Origin: Candidatus Saccharimonadales bacterium
Lineage (GTDB): Bacteria; Patescibacteriota; Saccharimonadia; Saccharimonadales; DATKHC01
Length of the DNA: 64,000 nucleotides
Assembly (NCBI GenBank): GCA_038317055.1
Contig: JBBQBA010000002.1
Span: 6,106 to 70,105, forward strand
Direction of reading: 5' to 3'
In this document: piece by piece, positions 9,552-19,062 of the stretch
Position numbering within the stretch: position 1 is the first letter of the stretch
How the letters are laid out: every line of letters begins with the position of its first letter
The notes under the pieces: model-generated
What the model saw: the letters and a program-made list of their open reading frames with translations, nothing else
Database searches by the model: none
Told to the model about the DNA's origin: nothing
Program-made: the position numbers and the translations under genes

Positions 9552-10085
9552 ATGCAAGATTACGAAAAATTATATAATTTTGGAGAAACTAACAGTTATA
9601 TATATACAATTTGTGAAATTCCTAAAGGTTCAAGCCATAAGGTTGAGTTTAATCGTGAGAAAAAACTTTTTGAGCTAGATCGAGTTGAACCAAATATCTT
9701 CGCTAAACCAGCAAGTTATGGTTTTATCCCACAAACAACGGACGAAGATAATGATCCTCTAGACACTTTAATTCTTACAGAAGAACCTGTACCAATAGGT
9801 GTAGTAGTAAAAGCTAAAGTTGTTGGCGTTCTAAATTTTGTAGATCAGGGTGAGAATGATCACAAGATTATTTGTGTACCCGAAGATGACCGAAACGAAG
9901 GCAGTACCATTAAAGACATTAATGATGTTAACGAGCAGTTAAAACAACAAATAGAACATCACTTTTCGCACTACAAAGACCTTAAGCGACCTGGTACTAC
10001 AGATGTACAAGGTTGGGGTGATGCTGCTGCAGCCTGGGTTGTAATTGCGGATTGTGTAAATCGATACAATCAAAATAAAACTTAG
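9552..10085 (+). CDS. ppa: Inorganic pyrophosphatase (family I)
   Basis: EIPKGS..K.E, YGFIPQT..EDNDPLD and DHKIICVP motifs. Confidence 0.9.
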   Translation: MQDYEKLYNFGETNSYIYTICEIPKGSSHKVEFNREKKLFELDRVEPNIFAKPASYGFIPQTTDEDNDPLDTLILTEEPVPIGVVVKAKVVGVLNFVDQGENDHKIICVPEDDRNEGSTIKDINDVNEQLKQQIEHHFSHYKDLKRPGTTDVQGWGDAAAAWVVIADCVNRYNQNKT

Positions 10086-10087
10086 TA

Positions 10088-10669
10088 ATGGATCGAATAC
10101 TACCGAAGGATGCAATATTAATTCCTGAATCTGCTAAAAGGGTTTTTAAAGGTGAGATTTTTGACGTTTACCAATGGGACCAAAAACTATATGACGGCAA
10201 TTTGGCTACTTTTGAAATGCTAAAAAGACCAGATACAGCAATAATTCTAGCCGTTAAAGATAACGAAATATTATACGTAAAAGATACTCAACCACCGAAT
10301 ACTATAAGAATTCAGCTACCTGGCGGAAGAGTTGATGCAGGAGAAACGTGGGAACAGGCTGCTAGGCGCGAACTTGTAGAAGAAACTGGTATGACTTTTA
10401 AGAATTGGCGTTTGATTGATGTAGTACAACCATTAGTAAAGATGGAATGGTTTGTTGCACTATATATTGCTTGGAATTTTGAATCTCAATCTAGAACTAA
10501 TTCAGGTCCAGGTGAAAAAATTGAAGTTAAATCTGGTCCAATTAAAAATGTGCTACAAGAACTTAAAGATAATGGCTCTGATTATTTGCCACAATCAGTA
10601 AAAGATGTTAAAGTAGTAGAAGAATTACTAAGCATTGAGGCATATAATGGAAAAACCCAAATCAAATGA
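10088..10669 (+). CDS. NUDIX hydrolase
   Basis: Nudix box LPGGRVDAGETWEQAARRELVEETG. Confidence 0.85.
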   Translation: MDRILPKDAILIPESAKRVFKGEIFDVYQWDQKLYDGNLATFEMLKRPDTAIILAVKDNEILYVKDTQPPNTIRIQLPGGRVDAGETWEQAARRELVEETGMTFKNWRLIDVVQPLVKMEWFVALYIAWNFESQSRTNSGPGEKIEVKSGPIKNVLQELKDNGSDYLPQSVKDVKVVEELLSIEAYNGKTQIK

Positions 10670-10910
10670 GTTACCAAAAGTATCTTTAGATTCATTGTTC
10701 CTTTTAACACAAGATGAAAAAAGTACAATTTTTAAGCTTGCGTCATTAAATGCTATTGAATTAACATCCGATATCGTTAATCCACAACCTGCAATTAATG
10801 AACTTGCTGAGACCGGACAACATATTTTTGATGCCGATAAACTACATCCTATTGATCCAACCTTATTAAGAGACGCAAAATTAGCAGAAGAAATCCAAAG
10901 AGAATCGTAA
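10647..10910 (+). CDS. Hypothetical small protein
   Basis: An ORF with no recognisable motif. The start is uncertain (10635 or 10647), and it overlaps the NUDIX stop. Confidence 0.4.
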   Translation: MEKPKSNELPKVSLDSLFLLTQDEKSTIFKLASLNAIELTSDIVNPQPAINELAETGQHIFDADKLHPIDPTLLRDAKLAEEIQRES

Positions 10911-10929
10911 GGGTAAAATTTATATTCTC

Positions 10930-10958
10930 TTGCTATACCTATTAAGCTTATCTACAAT
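10930..10958 (+). promoter_or_regulatory. Sigma70-like promoter upstream of gap
   Basis: TTGCTA (10930-10935), 17-nt spacer, TACAAT (10953-10958), 44 nt upstream of the gap ATG. Confidence 0.35.
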
Positions 10959-11002
10959 ATAGACATAAATATCATAATCTAAATAAATAGGGATATATTT
11001 CT

Positions 11003-12499
11003 ATGAAAACAAGGGTGGCAATTAATGGTTTTGGCAGAATAGGTCGTAATGCTTTTAAGGTAGCATTCGACCGTGATGATCTTGAAATAGTTGCGATTAA
11101 TGATTTAACAGATACAAAGACCTTGGCTCACCTACTTAAGCATGACAGTAATTATGGCGCTTATAAATATGATGTTGGTTCAGACGATACAGGAATTATC
11201 GTAAATGGCCAGCATGTGGCAGTTCTTGCTGAAAAAGAACCTTCAAATCTTCCATGGAAAGATCAAAATATTGATGTAGTAATAGAATCAACCGGATTTT
11301 TTGTCGACCCTGAAAAAGCTATAGCTCACATAACAGCTGGTGCAAAAAAGGTTGTACTATCAGCGCCCGCCAAAGGTGAAGGTGCAACAACGATAGTCCT
11401 CGGTGTAAACGAAGATAAACTAGCTACAGCTTCAGATATTATTTCGAATGCGTCGTGTACAACAAACTGTATAACTCCTGTTGCAGCAGTAGTTGAAGCA
11501 GAATTTGGTATTGAAAAAGCTATGATGACTACAGTTCATAGTTATACTGCTAGCCAAAAGCTCCAAGATGCCCCTGCTAAAGATTTAAGAGAAGCACGAA
11601 ATGCAGCTGAAAATATTGTTCCAACTACTACGGGCGCATCTAAAGCCGCTGCAAAAGCTTTACCTGCGCTAGAAGGAATATTCGGAGGAATGTCGATTCG
11701 TGTACCTACTCCTGTTGTATCGCTTAGCGATTTCGTAATTATCACAAAGAAACCAGTAACAGTTGATTTAGTGAATGATGCCTTTAAGAAAGCTGCCGGT
11801 CAGCCTTTTTATCAAGGTATACTTGCAGTTTCTGACGAAGAATTAGTAAGCAGTGACTATATTGGTAATAGCCACTCAGCAATTGTGGACATGAAATTGA
11901 CAGCTGTTGTTGGTGGAAATATGCTCAAGGTTGTCGCTTGGTATGACAATGAGTGGGGATATAGTAATCGATTGGTTGAAGTAGTAGCAGATGTTGGCAA
12001 ACTACTTAACAAAGCATCCGAAACCGGAACAGTTAGTCCAGTAACTACTCCTGACGCAATTTCGGCACCAACACCAAATGTTTCTACGCCAGTAACACCT
12101 GCAAATACCGTAGTACCAAGTACAACACCTCCTCCTGTGACAAATACAGTAGTAGATAAACCAGATATGGCAAATTCACCATCAAATGGATCTATTATGG
12201 ATACTCATGAATCAATAGTTGTTCAACCAATAGAAGGAAACTCAGCTAATCAAACTGTTCCCGGGAATATAGCACCTCATGTTGAGCCAACAATAATTAA
12301 GCCAACTGCACCTATTACCCCTGGTACCTTGAATGAAGTGTCTAAATCAATTGATACTCCAGCTACACCTCAAGATGTTGGTCGTTCGACTCTAACATCG
12401 CCTCCTAGTCCAAGTGCTGCGTTAAACCCGACTCCTCCTGGCCCGACTGACGCACCTGATCCAATTTATCCGCTACCCTCAAAAGCCGCCAACCAATAA
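11003..12499 (+). CDS. gap: Type I glyceraldehyde-3-phosphate dehydrogenase with a ~160-aa Pro/Thr/Ser-rich C-terminal extension
   Basis: INGFGRIGR, the SNASCTTNC catalytic motif and WYDNEWGYSNR. The canonical end (...VADVGKLLNKA, about aa 335) is followed in frame by a low-complexity tail that runs to aa 498. Confidence 0.9.
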   Translation: MKTRVAINGFGRIGRNAFKVAFDRDDLEIVAINDLTDTKTLAHLLKHDSNYGAYKYDVGSDDTGIIVNGQHVAVLAEKEPSNLPWKDQNIDVVIESTGFFVDPEKAIAHITAGAKKVVLSAPAKGEGATTIVLGVNEDKLATASDIISNASCTTNCITPVAAVVEAEFGIEKAMMTTVHSYTASQKLQDAPAKDLREARNAAENIVPTTTGASKAAAKALPALEGIFGGMSIRVPTPVVSLSDFVIITKKPVTVDLVNDAFKKAAGQPFYQGILAVSDEELVSSDYIGNSHSAIVDMKLTAVVGGNMLKVVAWYDNEWGYSNRLVEVVADVGKLLNKASETGTVSPVTTPDAISAPTPNVSTPVTPANTVVPSTTPPPVTNTVVDKPDMANSPSNGSIMDTHESIVVQPIEGNSANQTVPGNIAPHVEPTIIKPTAPITPGTLNEVSKSIDTPATPQDVGRSTLTSPPSPSAALNPTPPGPTDAPDPIYPLPSKAANQ

Positions 12500-12504
12500 A
12501 TCAG

Positions 12505-12951
12505 ATGATTATTTATCTAGGAAGCGACCACAATGGTTTTCATTTAAAGAATTCTATTAAATCATTCCTAAAAAAGCAGAATTATAATTTTGAAGATGAT
12601 GGTGACGAAAAATTAGATCTAAATGATGATTTCCCGGTTTTTGCTAGCAAAGTAGTGAACTCAATATTATCTAGTCAAGACGAAGATCCGAGGGGTATAT
12701 TAATCTGTGGAAGTGGCCAAGGTATGTGTATGGCTGCGAATAGATTTAAAGGTATTCGAGCATGTCTTGCTTGGGATGATGAATCAGCTAGAGCATCACG
12801 GAATGACGACAACAGTAATATACTTTGTATTCCTGCCAGAATTTTAAAAGAAGAAAAATCGATTTCAATAATTGAGACTTGGTTATCCACGCCTTTTTCG
12901 ACAATGCCACGATTCATTAGGCGATTAAAAGAAATGGATGAGTTAAATTAG
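12505..12951 (+). CDS. rpiB: Ribose-5-phosphate isomerase B
   Basis: GSDHNGF..K, GILICGSGQGMCMAANRFKGIRA. Confidence 0.9.
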   Translation: MIIYLGSDHNGFHLKNSIKSFLKKQNYNFEDDGDEKLDLNDDFPVFASKVVNSILSSQDEDPRGILICGSGQGMCMAANRFKGIRACLAWDDESARASRNDDNSNILCIPARILKEEKSISIIETWLSTPFSTMPRFIRRLKEMDELN

Positions 12952-12952
12952 T

Positions 12953-13588
12953 ATGGCTATAGTTTGTCCTACAGTTACTGCACCAGATCCACATGTTTTC
13001 AGAACTCAACTTGAACGCATACAATCATTCAGTCAACGAATTCATATTGATTTAGCAGATGGTATTTTTGCCCCAAAACTTCTGGATGTATCAGGTATTT
13101 GGATACCGCCACATATGGCTGTAGATATTCATCTAATGTACAATCGTCCACTTGAAATACTAGAATCGGTAATTGCTCTAAAACCTCAACTTGTTATTAT
13201 TCATGCTGAGTCCGACGGAAATTTTCAGCGAGTCGTTGAAGCCTTGCGTACTGCAAATATCAAAATTGGTGTAGCACTTCTTGCATCTACTTATGTAGAG
13301 GTAATATTATCAGAAATTGAATCGATTGATCATATATTAATCTTTTCGGGGAACTTGGGTCATTTTGGTGGCCAAGCTGATCTCAACTTGTTAAGTAAAG
13401 TCAAAAAGATTATAGCTCAAAATAAACCTATAGAAATAGGCTGGGATGGTGGAATAAATGAAGGAAACGTAAGACAACTAGCCGAGGGTGGAGTTGATGT
13501 ATTAAATGTTGGTGGAGCTATACAGCGAGCTGATAATCCTGTAGATGCTTATGCTAAACTTAATTTAGCGTTAATAGATGGACAATAA
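12953..13588 (+). CDS. rpe: Ribulose-phosphate 3-epimerase-like protein
   Basis: IHIDLADGIFAP corresponds to the HvDvMDGhFVP motif. Also DIHLM, IIHAES and GWDGGIN. The protein is divergent, and its position between rpiB and tkt supports the call. Confidence 0.7.
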   Translation: MAIVCPTVTAPDPHVFRTQLERIQSFSQRIHIDLADGIFAPKLLDVSGIWIPPHMAVDIHLMYNRPLEILESVIALKPQLVIIHAESDGNFQRVVEALRTANIKIGVALLASTYVEVILSEIESIDHILIFSGNLGHFGGQADLNLLSKVKKIIAQNKPIEIGWDGGINEGNVRQLAEGGVDVLNVGGAIQRADNPVDAYAKLNLALIDGQ

Positions 13589-14438
13589 CTTGAGTATTGA
13601 AGAGTTAAAATTACAAGCTAATACTATACGAGAAGATATTATTCGTATGCTCGAGCATGCTGGTAGTGGTCACAGCGCAGGACCTCTAGGTCTAGCTGAT
13701 ATATTTACAGCTTTGTATTTTGAAATACTTAAGCAAGATCCAAAAAACCCCGAATGGGACGAACGAGATATCTTATTATTGTCAAATGGCCATTGTGTAC
13801 CCGTTAGATATGCAGCAATGGCAAATGCAGGATATTTTGATCGAAAGGAACTACTTACTCTAAGAAAATTTGGAAGTAGACTCCAAGGTCATCCCGAAAG
13901 ACAACGGCTACCTGGACTTGAGAATACAAGCGGTCCGCTTGGATGTGGATTATCTCAGGCGAGCGGAATGGCATTAGCTATGAGAATGGATGGAATTAAA
14001 ACAAGACAAGTATACGTCGTAATGGGCGACGGTGAACTGGATGAAGGGAACATTTGGGAAGCCGCAATGTTAGCTAGTAAATACAAACTGAATAATATAA
14101 CAGCATTTATAGATAGAAATAACATACAAATAGATGGTACAACCGATGATGTTATGCCGCTTGAGGATTTAAGGGCTAAGTGGGAAGCATTTGGCTGGTT
14201 TGTTCTCGAGATTGATGGAAATAATATAGAGGCAGTTATTGAAGCGGCAAAGTTTGCAAAAGCTATTGAAAACTCTCCGGTTATGATTATCGCTCACACT
14301 ATTCCTGGTATGGGTGTCGATTTTATGGAAAATGATTTTCACTGGCATGGTTCTCCACCAGATCCTAAACAAGCAAAAATAGCTCTGAAGGAACTACGTA
14401 CATTGGGCGGAAAGATTAGGAGTGAAGCAGATGACTGA
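13578..14438 (+). CDS. Transketolase, N-terminal (TPP-binding) subunit
   Basis: GSGHSAGPLG, GHPE, GPLGCGLSQA, GDGELDEGNIWEA. The gene overlaps the rpe stop by 11 nt. Confidence 0.9.
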   Translation: MDNNLSIEELKLQANTIREDIIRMLEHAGSGHSAGPLGLADIFTALYFEILKQDPKNPEWDERDILLLSNGHCVPVRYAAMANAGYFDRKELLTLRKFGSRLQGHPERQRLPGLENTSGPLGCGLSQASGMALAMRMDGIKTRQVYVVMGDGELDEGNIWEAAMLASKYKLNNITAFIDRNNIQIDGTTDDVMPLEDLRAKWEAFGWFVLEIDGNNIEAVIEAAKFAKAIENSPVMIIAHTIPGMGVDFMENDFHWHGSPPDPKQAKIALKELRTLGGKIRSEADD

Positions 14439-15393
14439 TTTACATTTAGCTGATATTCACGAAGAATTAAAGGAAGAACCTATCCGAAAAGGTTTTGGTA
14501 GAGGTTTACTTGAAGCCGGAAAACTAAGTCAAAATGTTGTAGCAGCTTGTGCAGATTTAACTGATTCAACTCAAATGAGTTTATTTAAAGAAGCTTTTCC
14601 AGATAGATTTGTTGAAATTGGGGTTGCTGAACAAAATTTAGTTACTGTCGGATCAGGTCTTGCAGCAATGGGTAAAATTCCGTTCGTCAGTAGCTACGCA
14701 GCGTTTAGTCCAGGTAGAAATTGGGAACAAATTAGAACTACAATTTCTCTTAATAATCGGCCAGTCAAAATTATTGGATCACATGCAGGAGTTAGCGTAG
14801 GTCCGGATGGCGCAACTCACCAAATGCTTGAAGATATTGGGTTGATGCGTGTACTACCGAATATGGTTGTTATTGCTCCTTGTGATTCGGTTGAAGCAGA
14901 AAAAGCCACACTAGCAATGGCTAAAGATAATCGACCAAATTATATGCGACTTGCAAGAGAGGCTACTCCAATTATTACCACTGACAAAACACCTTTTGAA
15001 ATAGGTAAAAGTTACATATTTTGGACTGGCGACGATATATCGCTTATTGCAACTGGTACTATGACATATCAAGCTATGGCTGCAGCGGCAAAACTCCAAA
15101 AAGAAGGTATTAATGTTGAAGTAGTCCATGTTCCAACTATAAAACCGCTCGATGAAGAGACTATTTTAAAAAGCGTTAAAAAGACTAACAAAGTTATTAC
15201 TATTGAAGAAGGACAGATAATAGGCGGATTAGGTGGAGCAATAGCAGAACTACTTGGTGAAAAACTACCTACAAAAATGAAAAGAATAGGAATGCAAGAT
15301 CGGTTTGGTGAATCTGGTAAACCGGAGGAATTATTGGAACATTTCGGATTAGATGCCAAAGCAATTGTTAAAGCTGTCAAAGAGTTTATTTAA
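14431..15393 (+). CDS. Transketolase, C-terminal (pyrimidine-binding) subunit
   Basis: GVAEQNLV, GPDGATHQMLEDIGLMR. I prefer ATG 14431 (AGGAG 8 nt upstream) over the listed GTG 14422. ATGACTGA overlaps the stop of the N-terminal subunit. Confidence 0.9.
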   Translation: MTDLHLADIHEELKEEPIRKGFGRGLLEAGKLSQNVVAACADLTDSTQMSLFKEAFPDRFVEIGVAEQNLVTVGSGLAAMGKIPFVSSYAAFSPGRNWEQIRTTISLNNRPVKIIGSHAGVSVGPDGATHQMLEDIGLMRVLPNMVVIAPCDSVEAEKATLAMAKDNRPNYMRLAREATPIITTDKTPFEIGKSYIFWTGDDISLIATGTMTYQAMAAAAKLQKEGINVEVVHVPTIKPLDEETILKSVKKTNKVITIEEGQIIGGLGGAIAELLGEKLPTKMKRIGMQDRFGESGKPEELLEHFGLDAKAIVKAVKEFI

Positions 15394-15440
15394 ATACACC
15401 TTGGCTTATAAGTACTTATGCTTATATAATTGAGCCAAGA

Positions 15441-16349
15441 ATGTTAACGTTGCAACAAACCAGAGATAATTGTGCCAAAGCTAGAGCCGCAATGGTTAGA
15501 GCACGTGAGCAGCATTTTGCTTTTGGTGCTTTTAATATGGATAATCAGGAAACTCTGATTGCAGCTATACAAGCGGCAGTAGCCAAAAACGCACCAATAC
15601 TTGTTGAAGTCAGCCAGGGCGAAGTTGACGCAATGGGCTTAAATAACGTACGATCTTTGGTCGATAACTACAAAACAAATCATGGAATTGAAATATACAT
15701 TAATCTCGATCATTCGCCAACTGTTGAAGCATGCAAAGCAGCAATAGACGCGGGATTTGAGTTTATTCATATAGATATTAGTCAAGCCAATCATGAAGCT
15801 ACCGATGAACAGATTATCGAAAGCACAAAAGAAGTGGTTGAATATGCAAAATTTACAGGAGCTCTTGTTGAGAGTGAACCACATTATTTTGGTGGAAGTT
15901 CGAACGTTCATACTGAGAATATAGACTACGAAAAAATAAAAAAGACTTTTTCAACACCAGCTGGCTCAAAGCAATTCGTTGATAGTACCGGAATAGACAC
16001 TTTCGCTGCTGCAGTAGGCAATCTACATGGAACTTATCCAGTTCCAAAACAACTTGATATTGAACTTTTGAAACAAATCCGTGAGGCTGTTTGTTGTAAC
16101 ATCTCATTACATGGTGGTAGCGGTACGCCAGGGCATTTTTTTGTTAGTGCTGTTGAAATAGGTGTAACTAAGATAAACATTAATACAGACATGCGTGTAG
16201 CGTTTAGAAAGACATTGGAACAACAATTAAAAGATAATCCTACTGAATATGCTGTGGTAAAATTAATGCCAAAGGTGATTGAGGCTGTTCAGGCAATAGT
16301 TTCCGAAAAATTAGATATGTTTAATTCAGCCGGTAAGGCACAACCGTAA
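15441..16349 (+). CDS. fba: Class II fructose/ketose-bisphosphate aldolase
   Basis: FGAFNM, INLDHS, HIDIS, GNLHG, SLHGGSG, KININTD. Confidence 0.85.
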   Translation: MLTLQQTRDNCAKARAAMVRAREQHFAFGAFNMDNQETLIAAIQAAVAKNAPILVEVSQGEVDAMGLNNVRSLVDNYKTNHGIEIYINLDHSPTVEACKAAIDAGFEFIHIDISQANHEATDEQIIESTKEVVEYAKFTGALVESEPHYFGGSSNVHTENIDYEKIKKTFSTPAGSKQFVDSTGIDTFAAAVGNLHGTYPVPKQLDIELLKQIREAVCCNISLHGGSGTPGHFFVSAVEIGVTKININTDMRVAFRKTLEQQLKDNPTEYAVVKLMPKVIEAVQAIVSEKLDMFNSAGKAQP

Positions 16350-16363
16350 AGGGAAGAGGTGGG

Positions 16364-17362
16364 ATGGATCAATTTGACGTAATTAGTATTGGCGATATCG
16401 TAATAGATGCATTCGTAAAATTAATCGATGAAAACGCACATACATATTCAAATGAAGACGGTAAATGGCTAGCAATGCCATTTGGTACAAAAGTACCTTT
16501 TGACCATGCTGAAGTAATTGCGGGTGTTGGTAACGCACCAAATGCAGCAGTAAGTTTTGCAAGACTTGGTCTTAAATCCTCAATTGTCACAAATATTGGT
16601 GGAGATAAATACGGAACCGAAATAGTTCATGCGCTGCATAAGAATAAAGTGGACACACGATTCGTAAGAGTTAATCCTGGTAAAATCAGTAACTATCACT
16701 ACGTTCTTTGGTATAAAGAAGAAAGAACAATACTTATTAAACACGAAGTATATGATTATCATTGGCCACACATAATTCCCAAGGAAAAACCTAAGTGGGT
16801 ATATTTTAGTTCAGTAAGTAAAAATGCTATCGAATATCATGATCAGGTTGCGGATTGGCTTACTGTTAATCCTGATATCAAACTGGCATTTCAACCAGGT
16901 ACTTTTCAAATGGAAGCAGGTGTTGAAAGGTTAAAACGAATTTATCACCGTACTGAAGTATTAATTCTGAACCGAGAAGAAGCCGTACTTGTATCAGGAG
17001 GTGACTACGATAATCTTCACGGACTTCTAGATAAACTTCATGCACTTGGACCTAAAACTGTTGTTATTACGGATGGACCAAAGGGAGCCTATGCCAGTGA
17101 TGGTGATAAGCGTCTCAAAATGCCATTATATCCAGATCCTAAGCCGCCATATGAACGAACAGGTGCCGGTGATGCATTTGCCTCAACATTTGTTGCAGCG
17201 CTTATAAAGGGAAATACTCTTGAAGGTGCGCTTCAATGGGCTCCAATTAATTCAATGGATGTCGTTCAGTTTGTCGGAGCTCAAGCTGGTTTATTGGATG
17301 AAGCAGCATTATCACAGCTTCTTAGCAAAGCACCTGAGTGGTATAAGGCTGAACCATTTTAA
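16364..17362 (+). CDS. PfkB-family carbohydrate kinase
   Basis: N-terminal GD.V.D, GG...N, and the C-terminal TGAGDAFASTFVAAL signature. Substrate is unknown. Confidence 0.8.
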   Translation: MDQFDVISIGDIVIDAFVKLIDENAHTYSNEDGKWLAMPFGTKVPFDHAEVIAGVGNAPNAAVSFARLGLKSSIVTNIGGDKYGTEIVHALHKNKVDTRFVRVNPGKISNYHYVLWYKEERTILIKHEVYDYHWPHIIPKEKPKWVYFSSVSKNAIEYHDQVADWLTVNPDIKLAFQPGTFQMEAGVERLKRIYHRTEVLILNREEAVLVSGGDYDNLHGLLDKLHALGPKTVVITDGPKGAYASDGDKRLKMPLYPDPKPPYERTGAGDAFASTFVAALIKGNTLEGALQWAPINSMDVVQFVGAQAGLLDEAALSQLLSKAPEWYKAEPF

Positions 17363-17369
17363 TCTAGGA

Positions 17370-18068
17370 TTATTTTTTAGTTTTTTTAGCTAAATCTTCT
17401 TTTTGTATTATTTTCTCACGCTCATTCCAAAGTTCGGCGTTCAGTTCCATATTTGCAATCGCACTTAATATCATAGGTATTGAAGATTCAACATCTGATA
17501 TTTGAGCTTCTCTATTGGGCAAGTAGTTATTGGCATAATCTTCTTGTTGTTCTATAGACCGCGAATAATGACCGGCAAATTTTTGAATACCAGCTCTCTC
17601 ATTAGCCCCGACAGCAAAATATGTGTCATATGTAGTTTCCCATATTGTACTTTCTGTTCGTAAAGTAACTCTTTTAGAAGGGTCAGTCTCACCAACTATA
17701 TCTGCCTTAAACGGCTCAAAAAAGTATACTAACCGGAAACCTGCTGTTTGGATTTTTTCTTCGTCACTTGATTTATTCGGTGCAATTGAGCTATTTGGAA
17801 CCCTATCAAGCCGTACACCCAATTTTCCACCTTGTTCAATTATAAGCTTTTCTTTATATACAGTGGGAACTCTTTCTATATATACGGTCGCATGATCTGT
17901 TCGAAAATCTAAGGAAATTAAATTAAAAACATCGATAACTTTATTTAAACGACCTGTAAGTTCATCATCTTTTGTGGTAATAACTTCGCCAATTCGAAGA
18001 AATTCTTCGTGCGTAAGTATTTCTATACGTGCTTCGGGTAGACCTAGTCTTAATGACTCTAAATCCAT
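17370..18068 (-). CDS. Hypothetical protein (232 aa)
   Basis: A long ORF with no recognisable motif. It converges on the pfkB stop with a 7-nt gap. Confidence 0.5.
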   Translation of the reverse strand: MDLESLRLGLPEARIEILTHEEFLRIGEVITTKDDELTGRLNKVIDVFNLISLDFRTDHATVYIERVPTVYKEKLIIEQGGKLGVRLDRVPNSSIAPNKSSDEEKIQTAGFRLVYFFEPFKADIVGETDPSKRVTLRTESTIWETTYDTYFAVGANERAGIQKFAGHYSRSIEQQEDYANNYLPNREAQISDVESSIPMILSAIANMELNAELWNEREKIIQKEDLAKKTKK

Positions 18069-18161
18069 AAGTTACTCCGTAAATTATGAATATATAATAA
18101 AACAAATATCAGAATAAATCAAGTAATGGATTAAAATATTGACGGTTATATAAATATTTAA

Positions 18162-18905
18162 TTAAGTCTTTAGACCAGTAGCAATACTTTTAGCATCTGT
18201 ATATGCAGTTTTGTTGTCGCTATGAGCAGTTTTTATTTGGCTAAGGTCTCCACTTAGCACAGCGTGATTTGAATTATAATCTGTTGGTTGAAGACTGAGT
18301 ACACTTGATTCAATTCCTCTAGCAATAGTTTGAGCTGAATTAGTTTTTGCTTTCATGTCATTAAGGTCAGATTGTAGTGTGCTCACGTCTTTTCCGGCAG
18401 TTTGAGCTGTTGTAATTTTAGTCTGTAACTGTGTAGCAAGTGTAGTTAGTTTGGTATCAGTTGATTGCTCACCATCGGCAGCTGTTACGAGTCGAGTTTT
18501 TGGTAGAACTAATGCGTATACCCGATAGTCACTAAAAATGCTTTGAACATCAGTTCTAGCAGCACTTAGTGTAGTTTCGCCGTTTAGGCTGGTCTGAAGT
18601 GCTGTTAATCCGCTAATCTCATTATTAATCTCGTTTTGTAGATATGATTTATCACTCGCAGATAATTTAGTAGTAGTACTAATTTTACTTGAAGCTGAGT
18701 TTAAAGATGTTAATCTGCGATTAATCTCAGCAGAACCCTTCGTTTTAAGTGTAGCTAGATCAGCTGTTTGTGCCTCAGATCGAGCTGCAGATTTAGCGGT
18801 TCCTGTTGTAGTTGAAGCTGCGTAGGTTGAACCGTTAGCGATAACTAATGTTGCTAAACCAGTTAAAGTAGCGCTAGCCACTAGGCTTCGATTAAATTTA
18901 TTCAT
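18162..18905 (-). CDS. Secreted Ser/Thr/Ala-rich helical protein, hypothetical
   Basis: A signal-peptide-like N-terminus (SLVASATLTGLATLVIANGSTYAAS) is followed by heptad-like low-complexity sequence rich in T, S, A, L and Q. Confidence 0.6.
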   Translation of the reverse strand: MNKFNRSLVASATLTGLATLVIANGSTYAASTTTGTAKSAARSEAQTADLATLKTKGSAEINRRLTSLNSASSKISTTTKLSASDKSYLQNEINNEISGLTALQTSLNGETTLSAARTDVQSIFSDYRVYALVLPKTRLVTAADGEQSTDTKLTTLATQLQTKITTAQTAGKDVSTLQSDLNDMKAKTNSAQTIARGIESSVLSLQPTDYNSNHAVLSGDLSQIKTAHSDNKTAYTDAKSIATGLKT

Positions 18906-19062
18906 AACCTTTATTATAACTCCTATATTTAGGTTTAATAAATATAATTTAGACGAAATAAATGTAATTTAGCTGAATTATTAAAGATTATGTACTTGTC
19001 GTCTATATTATATTCTAACTGCTTATTTTTAATATTTAAACGTGTTATGCTTAAGACTAGAT

